DNA from: Acutalibacteraceae bacterium
GTDB lineage: Bacteria; Bacillota; Clostridia; Oscillospirales; Acutalibacteraceae
Reading direction: 5' to 3'
Assembly (NCBI GenBank): GCA_045590875.1
Contig: JAZNRT010000048.1
Coordinates: 1 to 59,175, forward strand
Length of the DNA: 59,175 nucleotides
The translations under genes were made by a program, and so were the position numbers. This document shows positions 1 through 8,521 of the stretch, in pieces. Numbering within the stretch: position 1 is the stretch's first letter; each line of letters starts with the position of its first letter. The notes beneath the pieces were generated by a model. That model was not told the DNA's origin, did no database searches, and worked only from the letters and a program-made list of their open reading frames with translations.

Positions 1-147
1 GGCGAGACCTGGGGTAAAATTATTTATTTAGGCTGTAACGACAGTGCAGAAACTTGGCGGGAAATTACCGATGAAGAAGCCCAAAGGTTGCAGGAAGAGC
101 TTAATGAAGAGGAGCCAATCCTTGAACCGGAGAGGGAGGAGCTATGA
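1..147 (+). CDS. 3' end of a phage protein of unknown function (partial, runs in from the left edge)
   Basis: Frame 1 is open from base 1 (...ETWREITDEEAQRLQEELNEEEPILEPEREEL*). The TGA at 145-147 overlaps the next ATG (ATGA coupling). Lies directly upstream of the holin/endolysin genes. Confidence 0.4.
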   Translation, partial: GETWGKIIYLGCNDSAETWREITDEEAQRLQEELNEEEPILEPEREEL

Positions 148-371
148 CGGATATAGTAGTGGCTTTAATCGCCCTTTTCGGCACAATGCTTGGCTCATTC
201 GGCGGTATTCTTACCTCGTCAAAACTCACCAATTACCGCATACAACAGCTTGAAAACAAGGTGGAAAAGCATAATAATTTCGCCGAGAAGATACCTCTGA
301 TGCAGGCGGAATTGCACGACCACAAGGAAAGAATAGAACATCTGGAATCCTATCATCAGGAAAAGGTTTGA
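144..371 (+). CDS. small lysis-cassette membrane protein (N-terminal TM helix plus coiled-coil tail)
   Basis: 75 aa. Hydrophobic N-terminus IVVALIALFGTMLGSFGGIL followed by a heptad-like QQLENKVEKHNNFAEK...HKERIEHLE tail. Translationally coupled to both neighbours. Position immediately before the holin. Confidence 0.55.
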   Translation: MTDIVVALIALFGTMLGSFGGILTSSKLTNYRIQQLENKVEKHNNFAEKIPLMQAELHDHKERIEHLESYHQEKV

Positions 372-385
372 AGGAGCATAAAAAA

Positions 386-580
386 ATGAAAGAAATGTTA
401 AACCGTGCGTTCCGCACGTTTTTGCAGGCCTTTGTGGGCTTTGCGGCGGCAAATTTAACCGCATATTTTACAGGGGTTACAGATGGCGAAGCCTTTAAAA
501 AAACTGCAATGGGCTTTTTGGCTTCTGCCATTGCTGCCGCATTAGCGGCTGTGATGAATATGCCCAAAAAGGGGGAATAG
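386..580 (+). CDS. phage holin (r1t-type-like)
   Basis: N-terminus LNRAFRTFLQAFVGFAAANL and a second hydrophobic segment GFLASAIAAALAAVMN resemble r1t-family holins. The ATG at 386 is preceded by GAAGGAG; the ORF-track start at 368 is a TTG inside the RBS. Confidence 0.6.
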   Translation: MKEMLNRAFRTFLQAFVGFAAANLTAYFTGVTDGEAFKKTAMGFLASAIAAALAAVMNMPKKGE

Positions 581-582
581 GC

Positions 583-1314
583 TTGTCTAATGCTGAATTT
601 ATAAAAAAGCTTGGTAATGCAGCAGTAAAACATTACAAAACCTATAAAATACTCCCTAGCCTCACAATTGCTCAGGCGATATTGGAAAGCGGTTGGGGAA
701 AAAGCGACCTTGCTAAAAAATGCCATAACTATTTTGGTATGAAATGGGTTGAGGGCTGTGGCTGTGGCTATAAGGCCTATAAGACCTTGGAGCAGAAAAG
801 CGACGGCACCTATTATACTATTACGGCAAAATTCAGAAAATATTCCACCCTTTCAAAGGGCATTAAGGGGTATTACGAATTTCTGCAATACCCGCGCTAT
901 GCAAAATTAAAGGGTGTAACTGACTATCGGCGCGCCTGTGCTCTTATAAAAGAATGTGGCTGGGCAACCTCTCTAAGCTACACTCAAACCCTTATTACTC
1001 TTATAGAGCAGTATGGACTTACTGCATACGACAAGAAGGCTTTAGATACCGAAACACAGAAGAGCAGTAGCGCCAAAACCAGTACAACAAAGACCCAGAA
1101 ATGGACCCCGAAAATCGGTGAAAAGGTTATCGTTAGCGGTAAAATCTATGGCAACGGTGACGGTAGCGGTGGCTGCCTAAAAAAAGGCAAGGAAACAATG
1201 TACATAGTAGATATGGTTGATAAAAATCATTATAAGTATTACATTGGAGTTTCTGCCAAGAAAAACGGCATAAGGCAGGGATGGGGCAACACAAATAATA
1301 TTAAAAAAGCATAG
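583..1314 (+). CDS. endolysin: GH73 N-acetylglucosaminidase domain plus a C-terminal SH3-like wall-binding domain
   Basis: LPSLTIAQAILESGWGKS...NYFGMKW is the mannosyl-glycoprotein endo-beta-N-acetylglucosaminidase signature. S/T/K linker, then a Gly-rich beta-type C-terminus. TTG start 7 nt after AAGGGGG. Confidence 0.85.
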   Translation: MSNAEFIKKLGNAAVKHYKTYKILPSLTIAQAILESGWGKSDLAKKCHNYFGMKWVEGCGCGYKAYKTLEQKSDGTYYTITAKFRKYSTLSKGIKGYYEFLQYPRYAKLKGVTDYRRACALIKECGWATSLSYTQTLITLIEQYGLTAYDKKALDTETQKSSSAKTSTTKTQKWTPKIGEKVIVSGKIYGNGDGSGGCLKKGKETMYIVDMVDKNHYKYYIGVSAKKNGIRQGWGNTNNIKKA

Positions 1315-1510
1315 TTTTTTGACAATTCAATACAAAACAAATTTGCCGCTTGAGAGAGTTTTCAGGCGGCGAAATTTATTACAAAAATTTAACTTTTTTC
1401 GACAAAAAATTTATTTTATGTTGTGTTTGGAGAAATATATGAAAAAACAATTATACATTTTGTAAACCTCATTGCGTTTACGGACAAGTTTAAATTTTAT
1501 GTAAAGTGAA

Positions 1511-1628
1511 TTATCCACACACTTATACACTTTATCCACATTTTTTTGCTTCAAAAAACCTAAAAAGCCGATGAAAACTGAGTTTTGCTCAAAAAATATG
1601 TGCATAACTATGTGGATAATGTGTATTA
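1511..1628. promoter_or_regulatory. DnaA-box cluster (4 matches to TTATNCACA plus 2 one-mismatch boxes)
   Basis: TTATCCACA at 1511-1519 and 1532-1540 (forward). TGTGCATAA at 1599-1607 and TGTGGATAA at 1611-1619 (reverse). Near-boxes TTATACACT at 1523-1531 and TGTGTATTA at 1620-1628. All lie in an AT-rich, apparently non-coding stretch. Confidence 0.55.
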
Positions 1629-1831
1629 CTTTTTGTATAATTTTGGGTTTATTGTAAACCAAAACCACGCATTTTTTACCGTCAAGAAAGGAGAATTTCT
1701 AAAAAAATTACAGATTTTCAGATAATTTGCAATGGAAATTTTCGCAATTTTTTAGTATGGGAATTTATGGGATTTCACGGTTACGCAAAATTTAGAATTG
1801 ATACAAATTTGTAAACTTTATGAAAAAATAA

Positions 1832-1860
1832 TTGTATAGAGAAGCCAAGTGTGGTACAAT
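1832..1860 (+). promoter_or_regulatory. sigma-A-type promoter for the YesL-like gene
   Basis: TTGTAT (1832-1837), 17-nt spacer, TACAAT (1855-1860). Confidence 0.4.
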
Positions 1861-1921
1861 TCAAAAAGTAACCTATATTATATGTGTAAACATAATAAAA
1901 TTTTTAAGGATTGAAGTTTAA

Positions 1922-2710
1922 ATGTCACTATTCAAATCTCCCTATGTTGAGGGTCACGGTGTATCAAAAAACGCTGCCGAAAAACGTGGCTTTGTGCGTT
2001 TCTTTGAATTGTTAAAGGGTAACTATTGGAAGCTACTTCTTTCGGGGCTTATATCCACCCTATGCGGAGCATTGATTATTCCCTATGGCTTGGGCGCTGT
2101 GGGCTCTGCCCGAATGGCGCGGCTTGCGGTGCGTGACCGCCACCTTTTTAATTCAGACTATTTCGACGCTATAAAGAATAACTGGCGGCAGGCACTAGCT
2201 ATGGGCATAATAAATAATATATTGCTTTTCCTCACCGCATTTACTACCTACTATCTTTATAACGCACAGCAGGATGGTGTTAATTTTATAATACTTGGCT
2301 TTTCGGGTGCTTCGCTGATTATTGTAACCTTCATCCGCTATTACACCCCCGCCATTGCGCTAACCTTTAATGTAACTCTTCCTCAGCTTTATAAAAATGC
2401 ATTGGTACTAAGCTTTGCAGGGCTTGTGCGAAATTTCGGCATATTGGTTATTCATCTTGTTACATATGCAATTGTGCTTTCTCCAATGCTTCTTGATTTA
2501 TATATAGGGCTTGGTATTTCCATTTGCTTAGGGCTTTTAGTAATTCCGCCCCTTCATTATTACACCACACAGTACCATATCTACCCCGTAATGTTTAAGT
2601 ATATGATAGAGCCTTTTATGAAAAATCACCCCGGCGAGGGGGAAAATACCCTTAGGGAATTAGGGCTTCTGCAAAGTAGCTCAGAGCCCTTGATGGAAGA
2701 TTTGATTTAA
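1922..2710 (+). CDS. YesL-family (DUF624) integral membrane protein
   Basis: The N-terminus F..FFELLKGNYWKLLLSGLI and multiple TM segments are typical of the YesL family. Confidence 0.7.
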   Translation: MSLFKSPYVEGHGVSKNAAEKRGFVRFFELLKGNYWKLLLSGLISTLCGALIIPYGLGAVGSARMARLAVRDRHLFNSDYFDAIKNNWRQALAMGIINNILLFLTAFTTYYLYNAQQDGVNFIILGFSGASLIIVTFIRYYTPAIALTFNVTLPQLYKNALVLSFAGLVRNFGILVIHLVTYAIVLSPMLLDLYIGLGISICLGLLVIPPLHYYTTQYHIYPVMFKYMIEPFMKNHPGEGENTLRELGLLQSSSEPLMEDLI

Positions 2711-2724
2711 ATACAAACGCAAAA

Positions 2725-2757
2725 ACGGAGACAATTCTTTTAGGAACTGTCTCCGTT
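2725..2757. terminator. bidirectional rho-independent terminator between convergent genes
   Basis: ACGGAGACAATTC / GAACTGTCTCCGT stem, flanked by A-run and T-run. Confidence 0.6.
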
Positions 2758-2791
2758 TTATTTAGAATCAATTATGACGGTTAATGCCTAG

Positions 2792-4099
2792 CTAAAACCT
2801 CTTATATCTTTTCACAGTGCCGTAGCGTTTCTTTTTGGAATTGAGGCGGATGGTGATGATAATGAACACTATAAGTAAAAAGAACAGCCCCGCCAGACCA
2901 AAGAAAAAGTAAACCTTATATTTGATTAGGAAATTTTTTACAGCATCTGAAATTTTAAGCAGCTGTGAGCCCTCAACAGATTCGGCAATCACCGCACCCG
3001 TTGAGCCTATTTTTTCATCGGCATAATAAAGGTTAACCGTGCCCACAACGTCACCCTTTCGCACAGGCGCCTCGGCGCGGGGATTCTTGTAGTCTACCTT
3101 TATTTCCACAGTGCTTGTGTCGGCATCCTTTGGTATAAGGGCATAAACTTCCTTTTCGGGGCGGATGTTGACCGCATCGTAATCCCAAGAATAATCTATG
3201 GGTATGCTGTCGATGGTTTCGGAACTATCAAGTATAGAACGGTAGGTAAAGTTGTTGAAAGCCCAGCGGAAAAGCTCGGCGGTGTCAATAAACTCATAAC
3301 GATTTTCCACCGAATTGTCTTGGGGAGGACAGCCCGTGAGAATGCTGATATAGGTCATTCCCTCGTAGGTGGCGGTGGCGGCAAGACAACGGCCTGCCTC
3401 GGTGGTGTAGCCTGTTTTAAAGCCTGTGGCATATTGGTAATGATAGCCACTGTTGGGGTCTATAAGGAAATTGGTGGCGGCAAGGGTGATATCGTCTTTA
3501 GTAACATATCTTGCCACATTAACAATGTCGGTTATCACGGAATACTGCATAGCATATTTTGTTAGTATACATAAATCTCTTACTGTGCTATAATGATTAG
3601 GGTCGTGCAGACCGTGACAGTTGGTGAAATGGGTGTTCTGCATACCGATTTCTTTAGCCTTCTTATTCATCATTTCCACAAACTCAGCTTCGCTGCCTGC
3701 TATGTGGTCGGCAATAAGAGCAGAGGCATCGGCGCAGGATTTAACCATAGTGTATGCTAAAAGGTCGTGACCGTTAACCTTATCTCCCGCTTCAAAGCCT
3801 GCAATAACCGCTTCGGAATAGCGGTATTCAAGGTATATTTCCTCAGAAACGGTAAGGGTGAGGTCTTCAAGGTTTGGCTCTTCCTCTACAAGCATAATTG
3901 CAACCAGTATCTTGGTTAGGGAAGCGGGGTAAACCTTTTTATCAATATTATCTGAATAAACAATTGTATCGGTATCTACATTATATAAAATTCCCGCTTT
4001 TGCGTGAGTTTCAAAGGTGGGCTTATAGGCATATGCATTGGAAAATGGGATTATCAGCGCAAAAATCAAGGCAAAAGAAAGACTTAATAATTTTTTCAT
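2792..4099 (-). CDS. D-alanyl-D-alanine carboxypeptidase (serine peptidase S11, PBP5-like) with a C-terminal membrane anchor
   Basis: Signal peptide, SLTK (SxxK) and KTG (FKTGYT) motifs, C-terminal TM helix plus a basic tail. GGAGAG RBS. Confidence 0.85.
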   Translation of the reverse strand: MKKLLSLSFALIFALIIPFSNAYAYKPTFETHAKAGILYNVDTDTIVYSDNIDKKVYPASLTKILVAIMLVEEEPNLEDLTLTVSEEIYLEYRYSEAVIAGFEAGDKVNGHDLLAYTMVKSCADASALIADHIAGSEAEFVEMMNKKAKEIGMQNTHFTNCHGLHDPNHYSTVRDLCILTKYAMQYSVITDIVNVARYVTKDDITLAATNFLIDPNSGYHYQYATGFKTGYTTEAGRCLAATATYEGMTYISILTGCPPQDNSVENRYEFIDTAELFRWAFNNFTYRSILDSSETIDSIPIDYSWDYDAVNIRPEKEVYALIPKDADTSTVEIKVDYKNPRAEAPVRKGDVVGTVNLYYADEKIGSTGAVIAESVEGSQLLKISDAVKNFLIKYKVYFFFGLAGLFFLLIVFIIITIRLNSKKKRYGTVKRYKRF

Positions 4100-4227
4100 A
4101 GCATTCTCTCCGAAAATGTAGTATTATATAATTAACATTAGTAACATTCTATAATATTAGTATAATCCCTTTGGCTGTGTTTGTAAAGCGAAAGAAGAAA
4201 TTTTTAGAAAAAAAGGCGTGGTTTTAA

Positions 4228-4911
4228 TTGGTATATGTAACGGGTGATATGCACGGCGACGAAAACCGTTTATACGATGCGCAGTGGCGCAAGCTTAAAT
4301 CGGGGGATACCCTTATAATCTGCGGTGACTTTGGCTTTCTTTGGGACGGCAGCCGCAGAGAAAAGGAAGCGTTGGAATATTTAGGTAGCAGGAAATTCAA
4401 CGTTGTATTTTTAGACGGTACCCACGAAAATTTCGGTCTGCTTTCCAAATGCCGTGAAACGGTGTGGAAAGGTGGGCACGTGCGCCGAGTTTCGGGAAAT
4501 CTGTTTAACCTTATGCGCGGGCAGATATTTAATATAGAAGGTCATAAAATTTTCACCTTTGGCGGCGGCGAAAGTGCCGATAGAGATATAAGAAGTGAGC
4601 AGGGAAAATGGTGGCGCGAGGAGCTGCCCACAGCAACGGAATTCAAGGTGGGGGCCGAAAATCTCGATGAAATCGGCTGCAAGGTAGATTACATATTAAC
4701 CCACGAGCCGCCACAGCTAGTGAAAAGTGCTATGCAGCTAAGGGCGGGCGCTGAGCAAAAGGTTTCCAAGCTAAACGGATTTTTGGAGGAGGTTTCAAGA
4801 ACCTGTGAATTCAAGCACTGGTATTTTGGCTCAATGCACGAGGACAGAACGTTGACCCCAAAATTCACCTGTGTTTTCAATAAAATTTTGCCCATAACTG
4901 GCGAGCGGTGA
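4228..4911 (+). CDS. calcineurin-like metallophosphoesterase
   Basis: GDMHGD, GDFG and GTHEN motifs. TTG start. Confidence 0.75.
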   Translation: MVYVTGDMHGDENRLYDAQWRKLKSGDTLIICGDFGFLWDGSRREKEALEYLGSRKFNVVFLDGTHENFGLLSKCRETVWKGGHVRRVSGNLFNLMRGQIFNIEGHKIFTFGGGESADRDIRSEQGKWWREELPTATEFKVGAENLDEIGCKVDYILTHEPPQLVKSAMQLRAGAEQKVSKLNGFLEEVSRTCEFKHWYFGSMHEDRTLTPKFTCVFNKILPITGER

Positions 4912-4923
4912 GGAAAAATTATA

Positions 4924-5424
4924 ATGGAGATAAGAAGAGCAACGGAAAACGATTTAGAGGGTGCGGTGTCCCTTCTGGAAATGGGTAGAAAAAATATTCT
5001 GGAATTAGGCATTGACCAATGGCAAAATGGAGACCCGTCGGCAGAGGATATAAAGCGGGATGTAGAAGATGGCAACTGCTATGTAGCGGTGGAGGATAAA
5101 ACCTACTACGGTACCCTTTATATCGGTTTTGAGGGTGAGCAGACCTATAAGGAAATAGACGGCGAATGGTTGCAGTCGGGGGAATATGCCACACTGCACA
5201 GAGTTGCCGTAAATACCGACTATCGGGGCAAGGGAATTTTTGCAGCCCTTGTGGATTATGCAACCCTGCTTAGCATTTCTCGCGGTATTCATGCTCTTAG
5301 AATTGATACCCACAGAGGTAACACCCCTATGAGGGCGGCGCTTGTAAAAAACGGCTTTCATCCTTGCGGTGTAATAAAGCTATTAAACGGTGATGAACGG
5401 GTAGCATACGAAAAAATTGTTTAA
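4924..5424 (+). CDS. GNAT-family N-acetyltransferase
   Basis: 166 aa. V..DYRGKGIF acetyl-CoA-binding-type motif. GAGGAAAA RBS. Confidence 0.8.
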   Translation: MEIRRATENDLEGAVSLLEMGRKNILELGIDQWQNGDPSAEDIKRDVEDGNCYVAVEDKTYYGTLYIGFEGEQTYKEIDGEWLQSGEYATLHRVAVNTDYRGKGIFAALVDYATLLSISRGIHALRIDTHRGNTPMRAALVKNGFHPCGVIKLLNGDERVAYEKIV

Positions 5425-5464
5425 AATTCTAAGATAAACACCCAGTCAGTTCCCCCTTTTTCTA

Positions 5465-5494
5465 TTGACAATTAACCTATAGTGGGGTTATACT
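5465..5494 (+). promoter_or_regulatory. sigma-A-type promoter of asnA
   Basis: TTGACA (5465-5470), 18-nt spacer, TATACT (5489-5494). Confidence 0.45.
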
Positions 5495-5527
5495 AATATA
5501 TCATATTTTTTAAAGGAGACCTTCTTT

Positions 5528-6535
5528 ATGAAAGGTTTAAAAATGGTAGAGGGTTATCGCTCAACCCTGTCCCTTCGCGACACGCAAAAAGCTATAAAAT
5601 TTGTAAAGGATACCTTTCAGCACGAAATAAAGCCTGCTCTTAATTTACAGCGCATCAGCGCACCCCTTTTTGTAACTAAAGAGAGCGGAATTAACGACGA
5701 CCTGAACGGAGTAGAAAGAAAGGTGCATTTCACCATTCGTGAAACAGGCTGTGAGGCTGAGGTTGTGCAGTCTCTTGCTAAGTGGAAGCGTATGGCACTT
5801 TACCGCTACGGCTTTATGCCCGGCGAGGGCCTTTATACCGATATGAGCGCCATCCGTCGCGATGATGATATGGATAATATCCACTCAATATATGTAGACC
5901 AATGGGATTGGGAAAGGGTAATCACTAAGGAAGACCGTAATATAGATTTTTTAAAGGATGTTGTTCGCAAAATAGTTCACGCTATTGCTGAAACAAGCCG
6001 CAAGGTGCAGTATGAATATCCCAGCCTTAAAAATACCATTACCGACGAGGTTAATTTTATAACCGCGCAAGAGCTGGAGGATATGTACCCACAGCTTACT
6101 GCAAAGCAAAGGGAATACGAAATCACAAAGAAGCATAAAACGGTATTTTTAATGCAGATAGGCGGAATTTTAAAGAGCGGCAAAAAGCACGACGGCAGAG
6201 CCCCCGATTACGACGATTGGTCTTTAAACGGCGACCTGCTTCTTTGGAACCCTGTTTTGGAGGAACAGCTTGAGGTTTCCTCTATGGGCATTCGTGTAGA
6301 TGCCGAAACCCTACACCGTCAGTTGGAATTGGAAAACTGCTTAGAGCGCAAAGAGTTCCCCTATCACAAGGGAATTTTAGAGGGAACTTTACCCCTTACC
6401 ATCGGTGGAGGTATAGGTCAGTCAAGGCTTTGTATGCTTCTTCTCGAAAAGCTGCACATTGGCGAGGTGCAGTCTTCAATCTGGCAACCTGAGGTAGAAG
6501 AGGAGTGCAGAAAGCATTCTATAAATCTGCTGTAA
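5528..6535 (+). CDS. asnA: aspartate--ammonia ligase (asparagine synthetase A)
   Basis: 335 aa with full-length resemblance to AsnA (class II aaRS-like fold: ...ISAPLFV..., DWSLNGDLL, SSMGIRVD, GGGIGQSRL). Confidence 0.9.
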   Translation: MKGLKMVEGYRSTLSLRDTQKAIKFVKDTFQHEIKPALNLQRISAPLFVTKESGINDDLNGVERKVHFTIRETGCEAEVVQSLAKWKRMALYRYGFMPGEGLYTDMSAIRRDDDMDNIHSIYVDQWDWERVITKEDRNIDFLKDVVRKIVHAIAETSRKVQYEYPSLKNTITDEVNFITAQELEDMYPQLTAKQREYEITKKHKTVFLMQIGGILKSGKKHDGRAPDYDDWSLNGDLLLWNPVLEEQLEVSSMGIRVDAETLHRQLELENCLERKEFPYHKGILEGTLPLTIGGGIGQSRLCMLLLEKLHIGEVQSSIWQPEVEEECRKHSINLL

Positions 6536-6555
6536 AAATCTAAAGGCAAAAGTAT

Positions 6556-6580
6556 AGGCACTTCGATTTTCGAAGTGCCT
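6556..6580 (+). terminator. rho-independent terminator after asnA
   Basis: AGGCACTTCG attt tCGAAGTGCCT stem followed by GTTTAT. Confidence 0.6.
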
Positions 6581-6609
6581 GTTTATATAATTATTCCGTA
6601 CACTAAAGG

Positions 6610-8475
6610 TTAAAGCCTGTAAACCGCAAAGCCCAGCGCGGGAACGGTAATTTCATCTCCACCCCCTGCACTGCCGAAAACAGGGGATAGACCTCGAAAC
6701 TCTTTGGGCATAGCTAAGCTTTGAGGATAATGGGCGGTGTTCACCGCAACCCACAGCTTAGAGCTCTCATTTTCACGAAGGTATGCTACAAGTCCCTTTT
6801 CGGCAAAGGTGAAATATATAGTGCCATTTGAAAGACTTTTAGAGGAATGGCGAAGCTTTCCAAGACCTTTGTAAAATTCCAACAGCTCTACATTTTCCTG
6901 ACCCCAAGGGTAACAGCCTCTGCAAAATGGGTCGCCCCAGCCCTCCATACCCGCCTCGTCACCATAGTATATCGAGGGTACACCGGGTAGTGTATATTGC
7001 AGCACGGCGGCGCATTTAAGAAGCTTTACACCCGTGATGTATTCCGCAAGGGTTAGCCTTGAAACCGCCTGAATATCACGGTCTCCACTATCGGTGGTGG
7101 TACTTCCCAAAAGGGTTAAGATCCTAGGGGTATCGTGGGTGCCGATGTGATTCATAAGAAGTGTGAGGGCGGGCTTAGGATAATTTTCGCATACCGTGAG
7201 TATTTCCTCGGCAAATTCACCGCCGTTGCCCCATTTCACAAAATTGATTATAGCGTTGCTGAAGGGGTAGTTCATAACCGAATCTAACTGATTCCCCAAC
7301 AGATATCGGCGCCTTGCATTGTAGCTTATTTTGTTAGTGGCATCCTCCCAGACCTCGCCTAATATAAAGGCATCGGGATTTTCACTTTTCACAGCGCATC
7401 TGAGCCTGTCTAAAAACACATCGGGCAGTTCGTCCGCCACATCTAGTCGCCAGCCGTGGGCTCCTAATTTCAGCCAACGCCTTGCAATTCCCTCTGTGCC
7501 ACAGATGTAGTCGAGAAAGCCCTCGTCGTCCTCGTTAACCTCAGGCAGGGTGTCAATACCCCACCAGCTGTGGTAATCGTCGGGCCAGTTTTTGAATTTA
7601 TACCAGCTGTAAAAGGGGGAAGCCTTTGTACTGTGGGCGCCCGATTCGCCGAATTTTTTATAGCGATCGAAATAGCGGCTGTCATCACCCGTGTGGGAAA
7701 ACACACCGTCTAAAATAATGTGAATTCCAAGCTTTTTGGCAGCAGAGCAAAGCTCTTTAAAATCCTTTTCAGTGCCCAAAATCGGGTCGATTTTCTCGTA
7801 GTCAGCGGTGTTGTAGCGGTGGTTTGAGGCTGAGAAAAAAATGGGGTTAAGGTAAATACAGCTAACCCCTAAGTCCTTTAAATAGGTTAGTTTTTTAATT
7901 ATGCCTTTTAAATTTCCGCCGAAAAAGTCGTTGCCCAACACCCGCTTTTCGCCCTTAACCCAGCGGTGTTCGGGCTTTTCGCCCCAACCGGAGTGTATGA
8001 ACCTTTCGGGGAAATCTTGGACTTTAACATTTCCCGATTTGTAAAATCTATCGGGAAAAATCTGATAAATAATTCCACCTTCAAGCCAAGCGGGAGTTTT
8101 GTAATCGGCGTCATATACCGTAAGCTGCCAGCGTCCGCCAGCACCCACTCTGCCAACCGAGCGCTCCTGACGGTTAATATAAAAGCTGTTATGCTCTGTT
8201 TTATATAAAAATGCATACCAATAAAGCCCCACGTTGGCAGAAATTTCAACCGAGTAGAAAAGCCAGCCGTCACGGGTGTATTCATATAGCATTTCATATG
8301 CTGTGTCCTCAGCCTCACCGTCGCGGCGGAGAAGCAAAAAGCAATTCCAAACGCCGCAGTTTTCTTTTAGGCGTAGGCGGAATTTAATCCTTTCGTGGCT
8401 CTTTACCGCCCCGAAGGGGGATTTATATAAGGGGTTTCGCGAATCAAAATTTATATTGTCCAGTGTTTTCACCAC
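6610..8475 (-). CDS. GH13 alpha-amylase-family glycosidase (neopullulanase / cyclomaltodextrinase-like)
   Basis: GH13 conserved regions DGVFSHT, GWRLDVADE, GEVWE and NHIGTHD. GTG start with no obvious SD, so the start is uncertain. Confidence 0.85.
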   Translation of the reverse strand: MVKTLDNINFDSRNPLYKSPFGAVKSHERIKFRLRLKENCGVWNCFLLLRRDGEAEDTAYEMLYEYTRDGWLFYSVEISANVGLYWYAFLYKTEHNSFYINRQERSVGRVGAGGRWQLTVYDADYKTPAWLEGGIIYQIFPDRFYKSGNVKVQDFPERFIHSGWGEKPEHRWVKGEKRVLGNDFFGGNLKGIIKKLTYLKDLGVSCIYLNPIFFSASNHRYNTADYEKIDPILGTEKDFKELCSAAKKLGIHIILDGVFSHTGDDSRYFDRYKKFGESGAHSTKASPFYSWYKFKNWPDDYHSWWGIDTLPEVNEDDEGFLDYICGTEGIARRWLKLGAHGWRLDVADELPDVFLDRLRCAVKSENPDAFILGEVWEDATNKISYNARRRYLLGNQLDSVMNYPFSNAIINFVKWGNGGEFAEEILTVCENYPKPALTLLMNHIGTHDTPRILTLLGSTTTDSGDRDIQAVSRLTLAEYITGVKLLKCAAVLQYTLPGVPSIYYGDEAGMEGWGDPFCRGCYPWGQENVELLEFYKGLGKLRHSSKSLSNGTIYFTFAEKGLVAYLRENESSKLWVAVNTAHYPQSLAMPKEFRGLSPVFGSAGGGDEITVPALGFAVYRL

Positions 8476-8521
8476 ACATTTACAAATTGCCGACGGATTT
8501 TCTACCCGTCGGCTTTTAAAT

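Noticed and set aside
1511-1628. Calling the DnaA-box cluster the chromosomal origin oriC.
   Set aside because: No dnaA, dnaN or rpmH is nearby, I could identify no DnaA-trio or DUE, and the cluster borders a prophage. It is reported only as a DnaA-box cluster of unknown role.
1411-1668. 85-aa minus-strand ORF across the DnaA-box region.
   Set aside because: Translation of very AT-rich DNA (Ile/Lys/Phe/Asn-rich). It has no RBS and overlaps the DnaA boxes. Treated as non-coding.
5462-5487. The asnA promoter and the marR-ABC promoter (14724-14751) share CTATTGACAATTAAC (15 nt identical), then CCTATAG in both (directly abutting at asnA, after one extra A at marR).
   Set aside because: The match consists mainly of the consensus -35 hexamer plus an AT-rich spacer. 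ATTGACAAT also occurs at the hrcA promoter. It is too short to argue for a shared operator without genome-wide statistics.
8476-8521. Hairpin GCCGACGG...CCGTCGGC between glgP and the GH13 gene, considered as a regulatory attenuator.
   Set aside because: It is adequately explained as a weak terminator or stabiliser after glgP. There is no alternative pairing or leader peptide. It is noted only because the GH13 GTG start just downstream lacks a clear RBS.
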